This document shows, piece by piece, positions 41,717-55,660 of a stretch of DNA of 64,000 bases. How positions within the stretch are numbered: the stretch's first letter is position 1; every line of letters begins with the position of its first letter. The translations under genes were made by a program, and so were the position numbers. The stretch is from contig OZ024745.1 in the NCBI GenBank assembly GCA_964016885.1, positions 109,678,001 through 109,742,000 on the forward strand. Direction: 5' to 3'. The notes under the pieces were generated by a model. The model made no database searches and was not told where the DNA came from. It was given only the letters and a program-made list of their open reading frames with translations. The DNA is from Eledone cirrhosa (lineage: Eukaryota).

Positions 41717-43349
41717 GACATATACATATACACATACACACATACACATATATCTCTACACATACACTCACATATATATATATATATGTGCATATATACA
41801 CATACATACACATCCATACACACATAATTATATCCACTCAAGCACATACAAACATGTGTAAACATACATACGCACATCTGCCTATACACGCACGTATACA
41901 CAGACATACATAAGTTAACACACATGCGTGCATGCTTACACTTATGTGTGCACATAGATGTAATCGTAAAGATATACATATGTACACACACACACACATA
42001 AATGTGGATACTTAAATGTGCGCACACATCTAGGCTTTATAATACATATGTACAATACCAACTGACGACATATTGGGAAATAGTTGGTATATATATATAC
42101 ACACATGTGTGTGTGAGTGTGTGTGTGTGTGTGTTTGTAATTTTATATTATATTATATTTCATGGAAATTTATATGTTCACAAACATTACAAACACACTC
42201 TTACAAATTTCTATACAACATATACACATTCACTTGTCTCTTGTCATAGTCCTAAACAGAATACATATAGGAGACAGTGTTGTTGTATTGATGAATGCAC
42301 ACTTAAAAACTGTGTGCATATATCTCTCATCTTGCAGCAGTAGAAGTCAAGTGTTACTATATTTCAGTTATGTTTGATAAAGTTATCTCTTGGCATTGAC
42401 AAGCTGCAAGCCAGAGGTTTGTGTTATGTCTGCAGCCAGGACTAAATGCTTGTGAACATGTGTGGCAGTGAGGGAGATAGGTAGAAGGAAGATAGTAGAA
42501 GCAGTGAGAGAGAGCGAGAGAGAGAGAGACAGAGAGGAAGAGGTATGAGTGAGAGGAAGAGGAAAGTATATAGCACAAACAACAGCTCTGTATCTACAGA
42601 CAATTCAAGTGAGTGAATGCACATGTACAATCTTAATCATTGCCGTCTTCAACAAGGGAGATGTGTCATGAGGGCAATAAAAATGACCTCTACATTGGTT
42701 TTACCACTTGTATAATGCGCCAAGTGCTCACTGCGACTCAGAAAACAAATGAATCACTGTCAGTTATCATGAAAGATAAGTCTTTCTACTAGTTGAAGTC
42801 TGTCTTTCCAAGTGGTGCTAGGTTACCAATGTATTGATAATCTAAACAAATTCATATTTTTCACACAGATACTTACATAAATTGGCTTATAAATAAAAGA
42901 GAATCCTGTAACATATCTTTCTTGATTTCCTCTGTCCTGTTTAGGATTGAAGCAGCAATGACCAATATATATTAGACATGTTTTCAGGAGACTATTTCTT
43001 AACCTTTCAAAGAAGCATTTTGTTTAAATCCCAGAATGCATTGCTTTCACTCTTTGCTTTTTTTTTTATTTTAAAGTTCAGTTATAGAAGAATCAATGTA
43101 GTTTGATTATTATATAGCAGAAGATTATTATTCCTAATGGAAAATAATTTGTACAGTCAATTTGTCCAACATTCAATAGCTGACTGACAGCTGAAGGTAC
43201 TGTCTCAATAACTGACTCATGGTTTAAAGTTCAAACTCTAACTTAAGTACATATTGTCATACTTAATTCAACTGTGATGAAAAATAGGTCCCACACACTA
43301 TGTTATATTTAAAAGTTTACCCTTAATAAAAGCATCCATTTATATAATT

Positions 43350-43592
43350 ATCGTTCTGTTCAATTGACAGTATCCCAGACCTCATTTGCTTAGCGAGACA
43401 GGTGGCCCTCGTCAAATCGGACCAAGGAAACAATGTTTTCATTGGGCTTTCCATGGTTGTAACTCCTGGCAGAATGAGCAACGTGAAATAAAGTGTCTTG
43501 CTCAAGGACACAACACATCACCTGGTCCAAGAATTGAACTCACAACCTCACGATTGTGAATCCAACTCTCTAATCACTAAGCCACGCACCTT
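43350..43592 (-). mobile_element. CORE-like tRNA-derived SINE
   Basis: Reverse complement GTGGCTTAGTGATTAGAG...GAGTTCAATTCTTGGACCAGG..TGTGTCCTTGAGCAAGACACTTTATTTCAC; same subfamily as 33766-33960. Confidence 0.8.
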
Positions 43593-44014
43593 CATTATTA
43601 TTATACTTTGAATATTTTAGTCAAATTTACTGCTAGCTCATATAATATTACACTGAATAATATTTTTAAAAGATGAAAAAATGCATATTACATGACTATA
43701 TCTATAAAATCATGCCTAGCTAAGGTTTCTATTACTTAGTCCTTTTCTAAGTGCATTGTATTTCAGGTTCTTAACATTCTACACCAATTTAACTATATTC
43801 AACTTGCTTCACAAGAGCTGATGTAAAGTTTCTCTCTTCAAAGTTAGTACATTACTGTCATACAGACTGATACTCCTCTTATCTGTATTGTATAACATGC
43901 TATTGTAGAGATATGGAAGAGATATGGAAGAGTAAGGAAAAAATCATCTTTGTCACCAACAAAATGGCAGTTCCTTGAACTTTTGCCACCAAATCCTATT
44001 ATTATTTAGTAGAA

Positions 44015-44204
44015 AGGCGGTGAATTGGCAGTATCGGTAGAGGGTCGGACGCCATGCTTTGATGCATAGAGTTACGGCCCTTTCCATTCTGAGTTCAAAT
44101 CCCGTCGAGGTTAACTTTGCCTTTCATCCTTCCGGGGTCAATAAAATAAAGTACCAGTAATGCACTGGGATAATTGCTGGCCTTGTGCCAAAGGTAGAAA
44201 CAAT
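44015..44204 (+). mobile_element. Full-length Meta-like SINE with TSD ATTATTTAGTAGAA
   Basis: Intact boxes and core; direct repeat on both sides. Confidence 0.9.
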
Positions 44205-46336
44205 TATTTAGTAGAATTGTTAAAGCATTGAACAAGATGTTTTGCCACAGGGCCAAATTAAGACTGTTAGAGGCCCTTAAGCACTGAAACCATTGTAAGA
44301 GCTCTCTTTCTGTGAGCTTTGGTTTAGCTGCAATATTTCATTGTGCTCCATTGTAAATCTGACACAGGAAACATATTTTATGGGGCTTCTCTTTACTTGA
44401 TGTTCTAAGTATATGTTTATTTAGTTATAACTTTTACATTCTGACTACAAATTCCCCTAAAAAACAACTCTGTCTTTCATCCTTCAATCAAGTACTGAGG
44501 TTGATATAATTGTCGCCATTTTCAAATGTCTGGTCTTTTGCCTATATTAGGAATCATCATCATCATCGTTATTGTTATTGTGTATATCAAATCTTTGGGT
44601 TATTTGGGTAGAGAGAATACTTTGATGTCTGGCAGTAGAATCCTTAGGGATGGACTGGTACATTGGTTCTCAGCTGACTCTCACTATTAGCTTCATAAAC
44701 TTTTTCAGTCACACCCTGGAAACTGCTTCTGCTGGTAGTCTAAACTTAGTGAGAGATTTGATGCTTGAAGAGGAGAAGGGCACCACCAAAAATTCTAAGA
44801 CCCATTGAAATTCCATGATAGGCAAACAGTCAAATAACATGCCGGATCATCATCATCATCATCATCACGGCTCAGCATCCATTTTTCCATGCTTGCATGG
44901 GTTAGATGGGTTGTCCATGCTGGTAGGCAAGTCTGGCCAGATATGGCCATGCCGTCCCTTGCTCCAACAAGGACTGTGTAATTTGACCAGGTATTTTACA
45001 GCTGGATGCCCTTCCTAACACCAACCACATTTACAGTGTGGAACTGGATAGCTCCATTATGAGGAGGGACAAGTCAGTCAGCCACGCCGGACTCGTCTCA
45101 CGGCGGAACCATAGTTTTAGAGTCCGACCAATCTCACAGAGGAACCATAGTTTTGGAGCCTGGTTCTTTATGTTATTTCTCAAATCATTCAAATGATAAG
45201 AGGAATCTAATAACAGACAAACCTATAGGTGACTCATGCGCTGGACTATTTCACAGTTACAGAAGGATTTCATATTTTATCTCTATTTTAACTTTAATGT
45301 CTCTGAATAAACAAAATCTAACATGAAGTCAATTAAGACTTTTCCACTTATTTTATGTATTCTCCCATCCTCAATAGTCTACTAGAACTAGTTAGCCAAC
45401 TCAAATAACTCAATATGTCTACTTCTTTCTCCAAACAATATTAGCAATCTTCAGTCTAATATTTGGATACTTTTTCTGTCCATCATGGTGGCATATGTGA
45501 TGTACTTTATGAGTTGATTTATTGCCAATCTACAAAAGATTTATACATTACTTGCTAAATCTAGATAACTGGATGATATTAATTCTGGATTGATATGTAA
45601 ACATTCAGAATAAGACGTGTGTTTCTAACTGCAGTGAAGGTGAATGAGACTCAAATAGATCAAAACTTAGATTGTTTGGTTGTTATATCTATATATTCTT
45701 TATATATAATTGTTTTGTTACTGAACCCAGCTACCTTCCTATTGTAGCTGGAACCAGTGGGGTTAGATGGATGGGATGGCATCACAATCTTCCTGCTCCA
45801 ATGTGGTAAGCCCCTCACCTAGAATGCAATCTGTAGTGATACTTTCACTGGCGATAATCTTTAGGTCACAATCTCAAAACAGAGAGGTTTTCTGATGATT
45901 GGCAAGCTCCCATAATTTTGCTTTGAATTAATATGCCATTGAGTGCCTGGAAATAGAGAGGCTACTTATATAGATAGGGATGGTTTAAGTTGATACTGAG
46001 ATCAAATGATTGAAGACAATTTCATCAGTTACTTCTTCCTTAGCAGTGATGAAATAACTAAGAAACAGAGTTGTTGTTCATCATCAAATTAGCCTGGATC
46101 AAACAAAACTATGATCAATGATATTCCAAAAATGATCATCTTATTTCTTTTTTGTACATCAGACTACTTTATTCAATTTCCTCTTTTAAGATGATAGGGT
46201 GTGATTCGGAAGAGGTTTTGCTGCTATTTCAATCAAGTCACGGGATTATATATAAGATGATTTGATTTGTATGGAATAAAGAATAACTGAAGGTAATGTT
46301 TGAATTAACAGTTAGAGGATATATCCAAACTTCTGC

Positions 46337-46367
<31 letters not shown>

Positions 46368-46616
46368 GAGAACAAACAAATGAGAGTACATGGTACATTT
46401 TTACAATGTAAAGAAGAAACAGAAAAGACTTCAATATTCTGGACTGCTGTCCATTTTCAAAGAAAAGCAGAGATGAAGAAAAGAAAATTCCATGGAGATA
46501 TTAAGCCTTTAGTTCTTTCAGAGTCAATAGATAAAATAACAGTCCAGTACTGGAATAGATATGATAGATAGGACTTTGTGCCCATGTAAGAAATCAACAT
46601 TATTATATTATGTCTA

Positions 46617-46722
46617 ATCCCGCCGAGGTTAACTTTGCCTTTCATCCTTACGGGGTCGATAAAATAAAGTACCAGTAATGTACTGGGTAATTGCTGGCCT
46701 TGTGCCAATAGTAGAAACAATT
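46617..46722 (+). mobile_element. 5'-truncated Meta-like SINE with TSD ATTATTATATTATGTCTA
   Basis: Starts inside the B-box region; direct repeat on both sides. Confidence 0.88.
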
Positions 46723-46991
46723 ATTATATTATGTCTAGTATACAAAATGGAAGAAGCAGAGTTATGTGCTTTGGTCAAGGGCACAACATAATGACTTAGA
46801 CTCGCTGAGTAATTTATTTCACTAATTACTACATTCAACTCTTTTGATACCAATCTGTTTCAAAACACCTCTGGTTCTATGAAATAAATTTGCCTATTTT
46901 AAAGAGTTCCTATTTAAGTTAAAACCTTTAAAATTAAAAAATTCCAACCTAAATTTATATAAGAATATTTGTTACGATACCATTTTAATAA

Positions 46992-47372
46992 TTATTTCTA
47001 ATTTAGGCACAAGACAAACAATTTGTGGGGAGGGGAAAGTCATTACATTGACCCCCAGTATGTCACTGGTACTTTATTTTATCAAAAGGATAAAAGGCAA
47101 AGCTAACCTAAACAGGATTTGAACTCAGAATGTAAGGATTTTTCTCAGACACTCTGACGATTCTGGTAATCCACCACCATTATAATAATTGTTTCTACTT
47201 TTGGCACAAGGCCAGCAATTACCCAGTGCATTACTGGTACTTTATTTTATCAACCCCGTAAGGATGAAAGGCAAAGTTAACCTCGGCGGGATTTGAACTC
47301 AGAATAGCAAGGGCCGTAACTCTATGCGTCAAAGCATGGCGTCCGACACTCTACCAATACTGCCAATCTACC
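46992..47372 (-). mobile_element. Two tandem Meta-like SINEs nested in a TTAA-type MITE remnant
   Basis: Core and 3' motifs occur twice; MITE family A sequence lies on both sides. Confidence 0.8.
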
Positions 47373-48041
47373 ACCACCATTTTAATAATGGAAATGATGT
47401 TAGTAAATCCCACCAAATGTTTCATTAATTAAATCAAATACAGTGCATTTCATTAGAAATATGGTCCCAAAGGAACTAACCCTTTTGTAATTATTTCTAA
47501 TTATAAAAACATTGAAATAATCAAACCCACCTTTTATCACTTAAATATGGGGCCAGTGCCACTCATTTATAATTACCTACTAAATTCTAGCCACAGTACT
47601 TCTTAACAAAATAATATAGATTTTACTTGACTAAATATAAAAGTTAACTCAAGTATAGAATATCCAACTTACTTAACATTTAAATCTTAATACCCTGTAA
47701 TGAATTTAGCAGAAATAATCTAAAAATGAGTTTGTTGATTCAAATGTTTATAGTATCTTTAAGAGTGGACAGATCATAATGAAAATTTGCAGCAAACTAC
47801 TGTAAAGACTTTAATTTTGAATGTAATATAGTACATTAGTTGAAACATGTTTGCACAACAAAGGACTGTTTTTATTAAATTCCCAGTACACGCAAGCAAA
47901 TATCATCACCATTTTATGTCCACTTTCCATGCTGGAATGGGTTGAATGAGTTGTCACAGTCTCAGACTAAACAAGTCAGTAGGAATATGTTTTGTTCATA
48001 TGTTCCATTTTAGCACAATGTCTACAGTTGGATGCCCTTTA

Positions 48042-48220
48042 TAATTGTTTCTACTTTAGGCACAAGGCCAGCAATTACCCAGTGCATTACTGGTACTTTA
48101 TTTTATCGACCCCGTAAGGATGAAAGGCAAAGTCAACCTCGGCGGGATTTGAACTCAGATCATAAAGGGGCGTAACTCTATGCTGGAAAGCATGGTGTCC
48201 AACCCTCTACCGATACTGCC
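48042..48220 (-). mobile_element. Young Meta-like SINE
   Basis: Near-identical to 777-958. Confidence 0.9.
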
Positions 48221-50264
48221 AGAGTGTATTGGGTGCATTTTATCATAGCACCAACAACAGAGAGAGAGATCACTGAGACCATAGCAGAGTGAAGAGGGAC
48301 AGTAGTGGGGGAGAGTATAATGGAAGAGACACTATGGCGGAGCAATGGTGGCTCTATATTTGTTTCAGAGAGAGGGAGAGGGAGCCAGAAAGAGGACATA
48401 AACAAAGAACAAGAACAAGTGTTTGGAGATGAATTTTGTTAGAAGTGGCTTTAAAGGAGATGGAATGATGGCTGGCTGCTCAGAAGTTGGTGATGGGAGA
48501 ATACATCATAAGATTGGAGGTAGGGGAAAGGGTTGGATACATTAGGGGTATGTCTCTTTATGGAGGCAGCATCGAGTAAGTGGGAGGGTGAGATATAGTG
48601 GATCAGATAGTCAAGAGAATAAGAGAGTGTGTGTGTATGTATAAAAGAAAAAAAAATTAATAAAAATATATGTGTGCACAGATACACATAACCAAATACC
48701 AAGGCATATGCACACACAATCATTATTCTTTTAGCATCCCCTATTCCAGGCTGACTAGGAGTTGATATGTCTGTCACACTTGATATAATTTACTATTCTG
48801 CAAGTATATTAGAAAGAGTGCTGAAGACATGTCCAAACTAAATGAGCATAGAGAACACATGTTAAAATGGGGATGGTGGGGATGATGCAAAGGAGGGAGA
48901 GGAAATTCACTCACACACACATGCGTGCACACACATGCGTGCACACACATACACACACACCACCACACACACACAGACACATACACTTAGGAATTTACAT
49001 AAAAACATGTCTAGTTCTCATCAACAGAGTTATTCATCAGGTGATTAAAATTTATTACAGTTCACTCCCTGTTTGCCGTCAACTTGCAGATCTGTTCATA
49101 AAGAGAGAGATTTATTTAATTCTAAATAATATGGTGTGTAATGAGATGTGTATGTGGTGAAGATTACAGCAATAGATCAGTAGAAATATTCCAATGGGGT
49201 AGCCAAAATGGCCTTCTTTCTCAAGGGATCATTGCCATGTGGGTTGGTGGGGTGGGAGTGCCATATTATAACATACTTGTAGATAATGCTGATCTGTTTA
49301 TGATAGGATAAATCCTCTGAAATGGCAGTGATTTTCAGTTCTGATTAAACACTGCCAATTCTTTGGTTTAGACTTGATGTTATAGAATTTTCTATTATGT
49401 CAAAGAGCAGAGTTGCTGGTATTTTTTATTTTTATTTTGGCAAGTTGCCCAGTTTTCATTAGACATATTACAGATAGACTCAATGATTAAATGTAGCCAG
49501 ATAAGATTGATTAGCCATGATTGTATTCTCATTTATAGATATTTTGGGCTGCAAATTTGATACAGTGGATAAAATGGAACGATCTGGTTTATTGATGTAG
49601 TGTAGATAATGATAGAGAGAACAGTGAAAGACATTAAAAAATTGGCTTTCATAACAGATTTCTAATATTTGCTATATAAATGATAAAATAAAGTAGTATT
49701 ATATTTGTTATGAATGTTTAGCTTCATTCCAATAGCCATTATTAAAACAAACAAAAAGAGATATGGATAGAGAGAGAGACTGAGAGAGAAAGACTGATAG
49801 TCCTTCTGTTGAACAGATTATGTAAAACATAGGAGGGTTTAACCAAGAATATTTTTTTAATATTAATTTCTTTGGATCAGGCAGACATAAGGCTAGTTTT
49901 TCAGGGCATAAAGGTATAGACTCTTTGAACCAGCTTCAGTAATTACTGGTATATTTTTTGTGTATTCAGGATAGAGGTCGGTCAATTAATTTCTTTTTAC
50001 ACTAAAATTGATTGGAATCTATCAATATTATTGTGATTTCTTCCAAAGGCAGAATGCCACACATTTATAGAAATGGAACAGCTTATCCTATTGACACCAG
50101 TATTTGACCGATACTTTATTTTACCCCAGAAAGATGAAAAGCAAAGTTAACAGCAGCAGGATTTGAACTGAAAATGTAGAGGAACTCAACTTGACACTCT
50201 ACGAAGGATGCCAATCTGATGTCCTTTCATATATATATAAAGGGAACCACTAAACCATTCAGTT

Positions 50265-50530
50265 ATCATCATCATCATCATCACTGCTTTATGTCAACTT
50301 CTCCATGCTTGCACGTGTTGGATGGGTTCTTTCTTCATCCTCATTTCTGTGAGATTCAGTGATTTGAGATCAGCTCTGACAACTTCTGCTCAATTCATCC
50401 TTGGTCTCCCTCTACCACAGTCTCCTTATACTGCATCACATGGCCATACCAGTGCAGTTTTCATGCCTGTACACTACATCTAATTCCTATTATATCCAGC
50501 TTCTCATTTAGTCCAGCTATGCTTTGCCTT
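50265..50530 (-). mobile_element. RTE-type LINE 3' end with (GAT)n tail, degraded
   Basis: Minus-strand translation contains LHWYGHVM and CGRGRPR..EVVRADLKSLNLTE; 3' end CCAACACGTGCAAGCATGGAGAAGTTGAC..(GAT)n. Confidence 0.65.
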
Positions 50531-51261
50531 TCACATATATTAAGATTTCACATCCATTGAAGCCTGTTTGCTTTATTTTTCTCCTGCCTTTGCAAATCCT
50601 CCATATTCTGTACCCATGTCTCACTGCCTATGTAACATCAACATATATAACAGAAGATATGAACAAGCATACTATGTCAAAGATGGGGTTTATAAATATT
50701 TATGCAGAATTTGGTTGCACAGTGTCAAGCTGAACTTAAAAATGAATGTATTAATGTTCTAGATCTTTTAGATATTGAAGATTCAAATATATGTAAGGTA
50801 TTGAAGAGTACCCCAAAACTACATCAACATTAGATTAAGCCAGGATATTATTGGGAAAATAAATAATTATTTAGTAATTCATGTAATGTCACCAGCAATG
50901 TATTATCTATGGCCAACCAACGTACTTAACTATCGAATGGTCTAATTCACCCAGCTCAAAAAATAGCAACAATCTCAAAAAACAAACAGACATTGCAGCC
51001 CTGTTTACACCGATTACCCAGTGTAGACTCAATGAAAAAAATTGAACGATGAAGTTGTAGATACATTATATCTGAAAAAATAAAGCTGGGGAGGTCTGAT
51101 CAAACAGAGCTGACCTAGTACTAAATAACAACAATAACAACAATAACAACAAAACAACTAGTCAATAAATTAATATTACAACCACATCCACTTAGCTGCA
51201 ACGAATTCTGTGTATATAGGTATATGTATGTGTCTATGTGTATTCCTATATGTACTTACTA

Positions 51262-51545
51262 AGAAGGTGTTTGGCTTACGATTATAAGGTTGTGAGTTCA
51301 ATTCCCAGTAGTGCATTGTGTCCTTCAGCAAGTAACTTTATTTCATATTGCTGCAGTATACTCAAACCTCAAAAATGAGTTGTATCTTTAATTCAAAGGG
51401 TCGTCCTTATCACACTGTGTCATACTCACTCTCCTCAAGAACTATATTAAGGGTACACATGTCTGTAGATTATCAGCCATTTGCATATTAATTCCATCAG
51501 CTGGCTGTTTCATTGATCAAATCAACTGGGACACTAATATTCAAA
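51262..51545 (+). mobile_element. CORE-like SINE
   Basis: GGTTGTGAGTTCAATTCC..TGTGTCCTTCAGCAAG..TTTATTTCA and a 3' body shared with 52775-53060. Confidence 0.7.
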
Positions 51546-51574
51546 ACCAAAGAACGTCCACCAGTACATACACA

Positions 51575-52742
51575 CACATGTATTCACATATATGTATTCA
51601 CATATATGTATTCACATACATGTATACACACACATGTATTCACATATATGTATTCACATATATGTATTCACATACATGTATTCACATACATGTATTCACA
51701 TACATGTATTCACATATATGTATTCACACACATGTATTCACATATATGTATTCACATACATGTATTCACATATATGTATTCACATATATGTATTCACATA
51801 CATGTATTCACATACATGTATTCACATACATGTATTCACATACATGTATTCACACACATGTATTCACATATATGTATTCACATATATGTATTCACATATA
51901 TGTATTCACATATATGTATTCACATATATGTATTCACATATATGTATTCACATACATGTATTCACATACATGTATTCACATACATGTATTCACACACATG
52001 TATTCACATATATGTATTCACACACATGTATTCACATATATGTATTCACATACATGTATTCACATACATGTATACACACACATGTATTCACATATATGTA
52101 TTCACATATATGTATTCACATATATGTATTCACATATATGTATTCACATACATGTATTCACATATATGTATTCACATATATGTATTCACATACATGTATT
52201 CACATACATGTACTCACATACATGTATTCACATATATGTATTTACATACATGTATTCACATATATGTATTCACATACATGTATTCACATACATGTATTCA
52301 CATACATGTATTCACATACATGTATTCACATACATGTATTCACATATATGTATTCACATACATGTATTCACATACATGTATTCACATACATGTATTCACA
52401 TACATGTATTCACATTCATGTATTCACATATATGTATTCACATACATGTATTCACATACATGTATTCACATACATGTATTCACATATATGTATTCACATA
52501 CATGTATTCACATATATGTATTCACATATATGTATTCACATATATGTATTCACATACATGTATACACACACATGTATTCACATATATGTATTCACATATA
52601 TGTATTCACATATATGTATTCACATACATGTATTCACATATATGTATTCACATATATGTATTCACATACATGTATTCACAAACATGTATTCACATACATG
52701 TATTCACATACATGTATTCAGATATATGTATTCACATACATG
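51575..52742. repeat. 14-bp minisatellite (TGTATTCACATA(T/C)A), ~83 copies
   Basis: Directly visible; explains the three overlapping ~400-aa plus-strand ORFs. Confidence 0.98.
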
Positions 52743-52774
52743 CATACTAAATGCTTGTACTCTGTTGGTTACAA

Positions 52775-53060
52775 TGATGAGTGTTCTAGTTGATTAGATC
52801 AACAGAACACTCTGCTCATGAAATTGACATACAACTAGCTGAGTGTTCCACAGACATGTGCATCAATTATGTATAGTTCTCAGGGAGATTCAATATAACA
52901 AAGAATGTGACAAGGTTAGCCCTTTGAATTACAGGTACAAGTCATTTTTACTAGCTGAGTGGACTGGAGCAACATGAAATAAAATGTCTTGCTCAAGGAC
53001 ACAACATGTCGCCAAGAATTGTACTGAGCCAAATATCCTAACCCCTAAGCCATGTTCCTC
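52775..53060 (-). mobile_element. CORE-like SINE, same family as 51262-51545, opposite strand
   Basis: GCTGAGTGGACTGGAGCAACATGAAATAAAATGTCTTGCTCAAGGACACAAC. Confidence 0.75.
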
Positions 53061-53267
53061 TACATATTGGTTCCTTTCAATTTATTTCTTTGTCCTAGTA
53101 TGGGTTGGATACTTATTAAATATTTGATATTTGCACATTGATGAAGCAAGTGTTTTTACAGAATGCTTACTCTAGTGCTTGCCAATCTGCTACAAAATGT
53201 AAGTGAAGACTGTCATCAGCTATGTATATGAAATATATATATATGTATATGAAATATATTTATGTAT

Positions 53268-53580
53268 GGAGGCACATGGCTTAGTGGTTAGAGCATTGGC
53301 CTTGCAATCGAAAGGTTGTGAGTTCAATTCTCACACCGGGTGATGTGTTGTTTCCTTGAGCAAGTCATTTTATTTCACATTGCTCCAGTTTACTCAGCTG
53401 TAGAAATGAGATGATAGGGACTGGGGTCCATATCATTCCACGGCCAAAAAGCACCCAGCACTCACTGTAAATGAGGTTGGTGTTAGGAAGGGCATCCAGC
53501 TGTAGAAATCAAGCCAGAATCAGTTCCCATCCCACCCTTGCAAGCAGGGTAAAAGCGGACGTAAAATGAAATGATGATAA
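53268..53580 (+). mobile_element. Young CORE-like SINE with (GAT)n tail
   Basis: GGAGGCACATGGCTTAGTGG..GAGTTCAATTC..CCTTGAGCAAG..AGGAAGGGCATCCAGCTGTAGAAA; near-identical to 58341-58692 except for a short internal deletion. The 3' half also occurs at 18773-18965. Confidence 0.88.
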
Positions 53581-55394
53581 TAAACATATAAATCTCGCTA
53601 TGAGGGTTTAAACTGTGATCATGTCACAGCTATCTTAGTCACCACGTGAGAATGCCAGATACTAGTGTTTCAGGAGTTTTTTTATATATCATCAGTGATG
53701 TTTACTCACTTGGTACTGAGATTAGAATAAGCTACAACTTATATACTTTTTGTGCTGGTGAAGTTCACATAGTTGCATAGAGTATGGCATAGTGGTGAGA
53801 GTGTTGCTTTCACATTGCTCCAGTATACTCAGATGAAAATGAGGACCGACAATAGCTGTGGCTGTAAGCCTGTGATGGACTGGCATCATGTTAAGGGGGA
53901 AGTCTTGTACTTTCAGTCACTTAAGGCAAAATCGAAATCGAACCCACAACATTATGATTGTAAGTCCAACACCCTTACCACTAGGCCACATGCCTCCCAC
54001 AAGGACCAGGTGGTGGTGTTAAACAAGGCAATGGATTAAGTCTACCACTCCAGTAAAAAACGGTGGGATTTGAACTTAAATGCAAAGAGCCAGAACAAAT
54101 ACTACAAGGCATCTTGTCCAACACTTTCAATTCCGTCAATCCACTGCCTTGGATGGATATTTTATTTTGTTAGCCCTAAAAGGCTGAAAGACAAAGATGA
54201 CATTAGTAGGATTTGCATTCAGAGCATAGTGAGTTACAAGAGATATAAGGCATTTTGTTCTATGTTCTAACAACACTGCCAATTCAATGCTAAATAATTA
54301 ATCAAAAATGATTATAGAGTGGCTGATGATGGAGTGTCTTCAATTATATAGGTTTGTTTGATTAAGGCTGACCTGAAGCTAAATGACAACAACGACATCT
54401 AATCATAAGATGACTTCAACAATTTGTTTATCTGGTTTGGAAGAACAATCCCATCTATGTTAGTATAACAAAATGGATTTCTTTATAATCCAATAAAAAA
54501 AATAGCAACAATAAAAGTATTAACAACAAAAAAAACTACATATGTTTTGTTGTTATTGAATGATAAAGAACATGATAAAACACTCTTCTGATGCCATGCA
54601 GCAGTAGTTCTTTATTATCATCATATTTATTCTGAAATGACAGCAGATACGTGCTAACTGGGCTGTAGAAATCTCTTGAAACCTCCTAATATATATTGCT
54701 ATATAAGAATCCGATAATTCCTTGTATAAACATTCAATAGAAGTAATTGCAAATACTTAATTAAGGTTGAGTTCTTTTAAAGATATTTTGGCAGTAGTTC
54801 TATCATTGATAAATAAAATGACTTTGTGAGATAGGGCAGTGGGGAGATGAACACATGAGGCACGTGAAATTCTCACCAAAAATAGGAAATTAATATTCAT
54901 AATGAGGTGGAGAAAAATACAAATGAAATATGTTCATCATCATCAGCAAGACGATTTTAAGAAACACTACATGATGTATGAAAATAAGAATAATAGTAGA
55001 ATAATTATTTTCATTGCTTAATCAGGAGGAAGAGCAAACTTAGGACCGTTTTAAGAGCTTTCAAGACAGGGGAAGGGAGTGAAGAAGGTATCCTCAAACT
55101 GACAACCTGATCTAAATAGTTGCAACAGAGTGGACTCTGCTAAAAGAACACAAGAACCAGGTAGTGGTGTTAAACTGTAGGATGGGTGAAGTTTACTAGA
55201 CAAGAAGGGAACAGGAGGTTTTGAACACAGAATGTAAAGAGCTGAAGGAAACATGTAAGCCATCATATTTCCAACTCTTTAACAACTCTCACGGTGTGTG
55301 TCTATGAAACATACACATATACACCAAGTCCGAACACAAAGGAACCAAACTGCCACTGTCACTGCCTCCATCTCTCCTGCTCTTTCACTATTAT

Positions 55395-55660
55395 GAGCAA
55401 ATGGGGTCCCACATGCTGGCAGCCCTGCAGGCCCAGCATACAGAATAGAGAGGGCATTTCCCTGGAGGATGGTGGGAGAGACGTGCTGGAGGAGCCATTC
55501 CAGCTTGTGAGGCTCACGCATGCGGTTAGCCAACTCTGTGCCGATGGTGGTGAGTAGGGAGGTGGCTTTAGTGCCAAGAACACCAGAAGTCTCCACTGCT
55601 GCGGGGTCGACTGCAAACCTGTTGGAGAGTGACTGATCCACCACCATAGACTTATACTTT
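55395..55660 (-). mobile_element. C-terminal fragment of a restriction-like-endonuclease non-LTR retrotransposon (CRE-like)
   Basis: KY..LSNRFAVDPAAVETSGVLG..LLTTIGTELANRMREPHKLEWLLQHVSPTILQGNALSIL matches the P.A.ET.G..G...QR.S.AIQRGNA..IL C-terminal pattern I associate with CRE-clade elements. Confidence 0.7.

Noticed and set aside
45749-45806. Possible 58-nt exon (TTGTAG|CTGGAACC...AATGTG|GTAAGC)
   Set aside because: Splice-like signals alone are expected by chance in 64 kb; the peptide is not recognisable and there are no partner exons.
51513-52797. Three overlapping ~400-aa ORFs
   Set aside because: Consequence of a stop-free 14-bp repeat read in all three frames.
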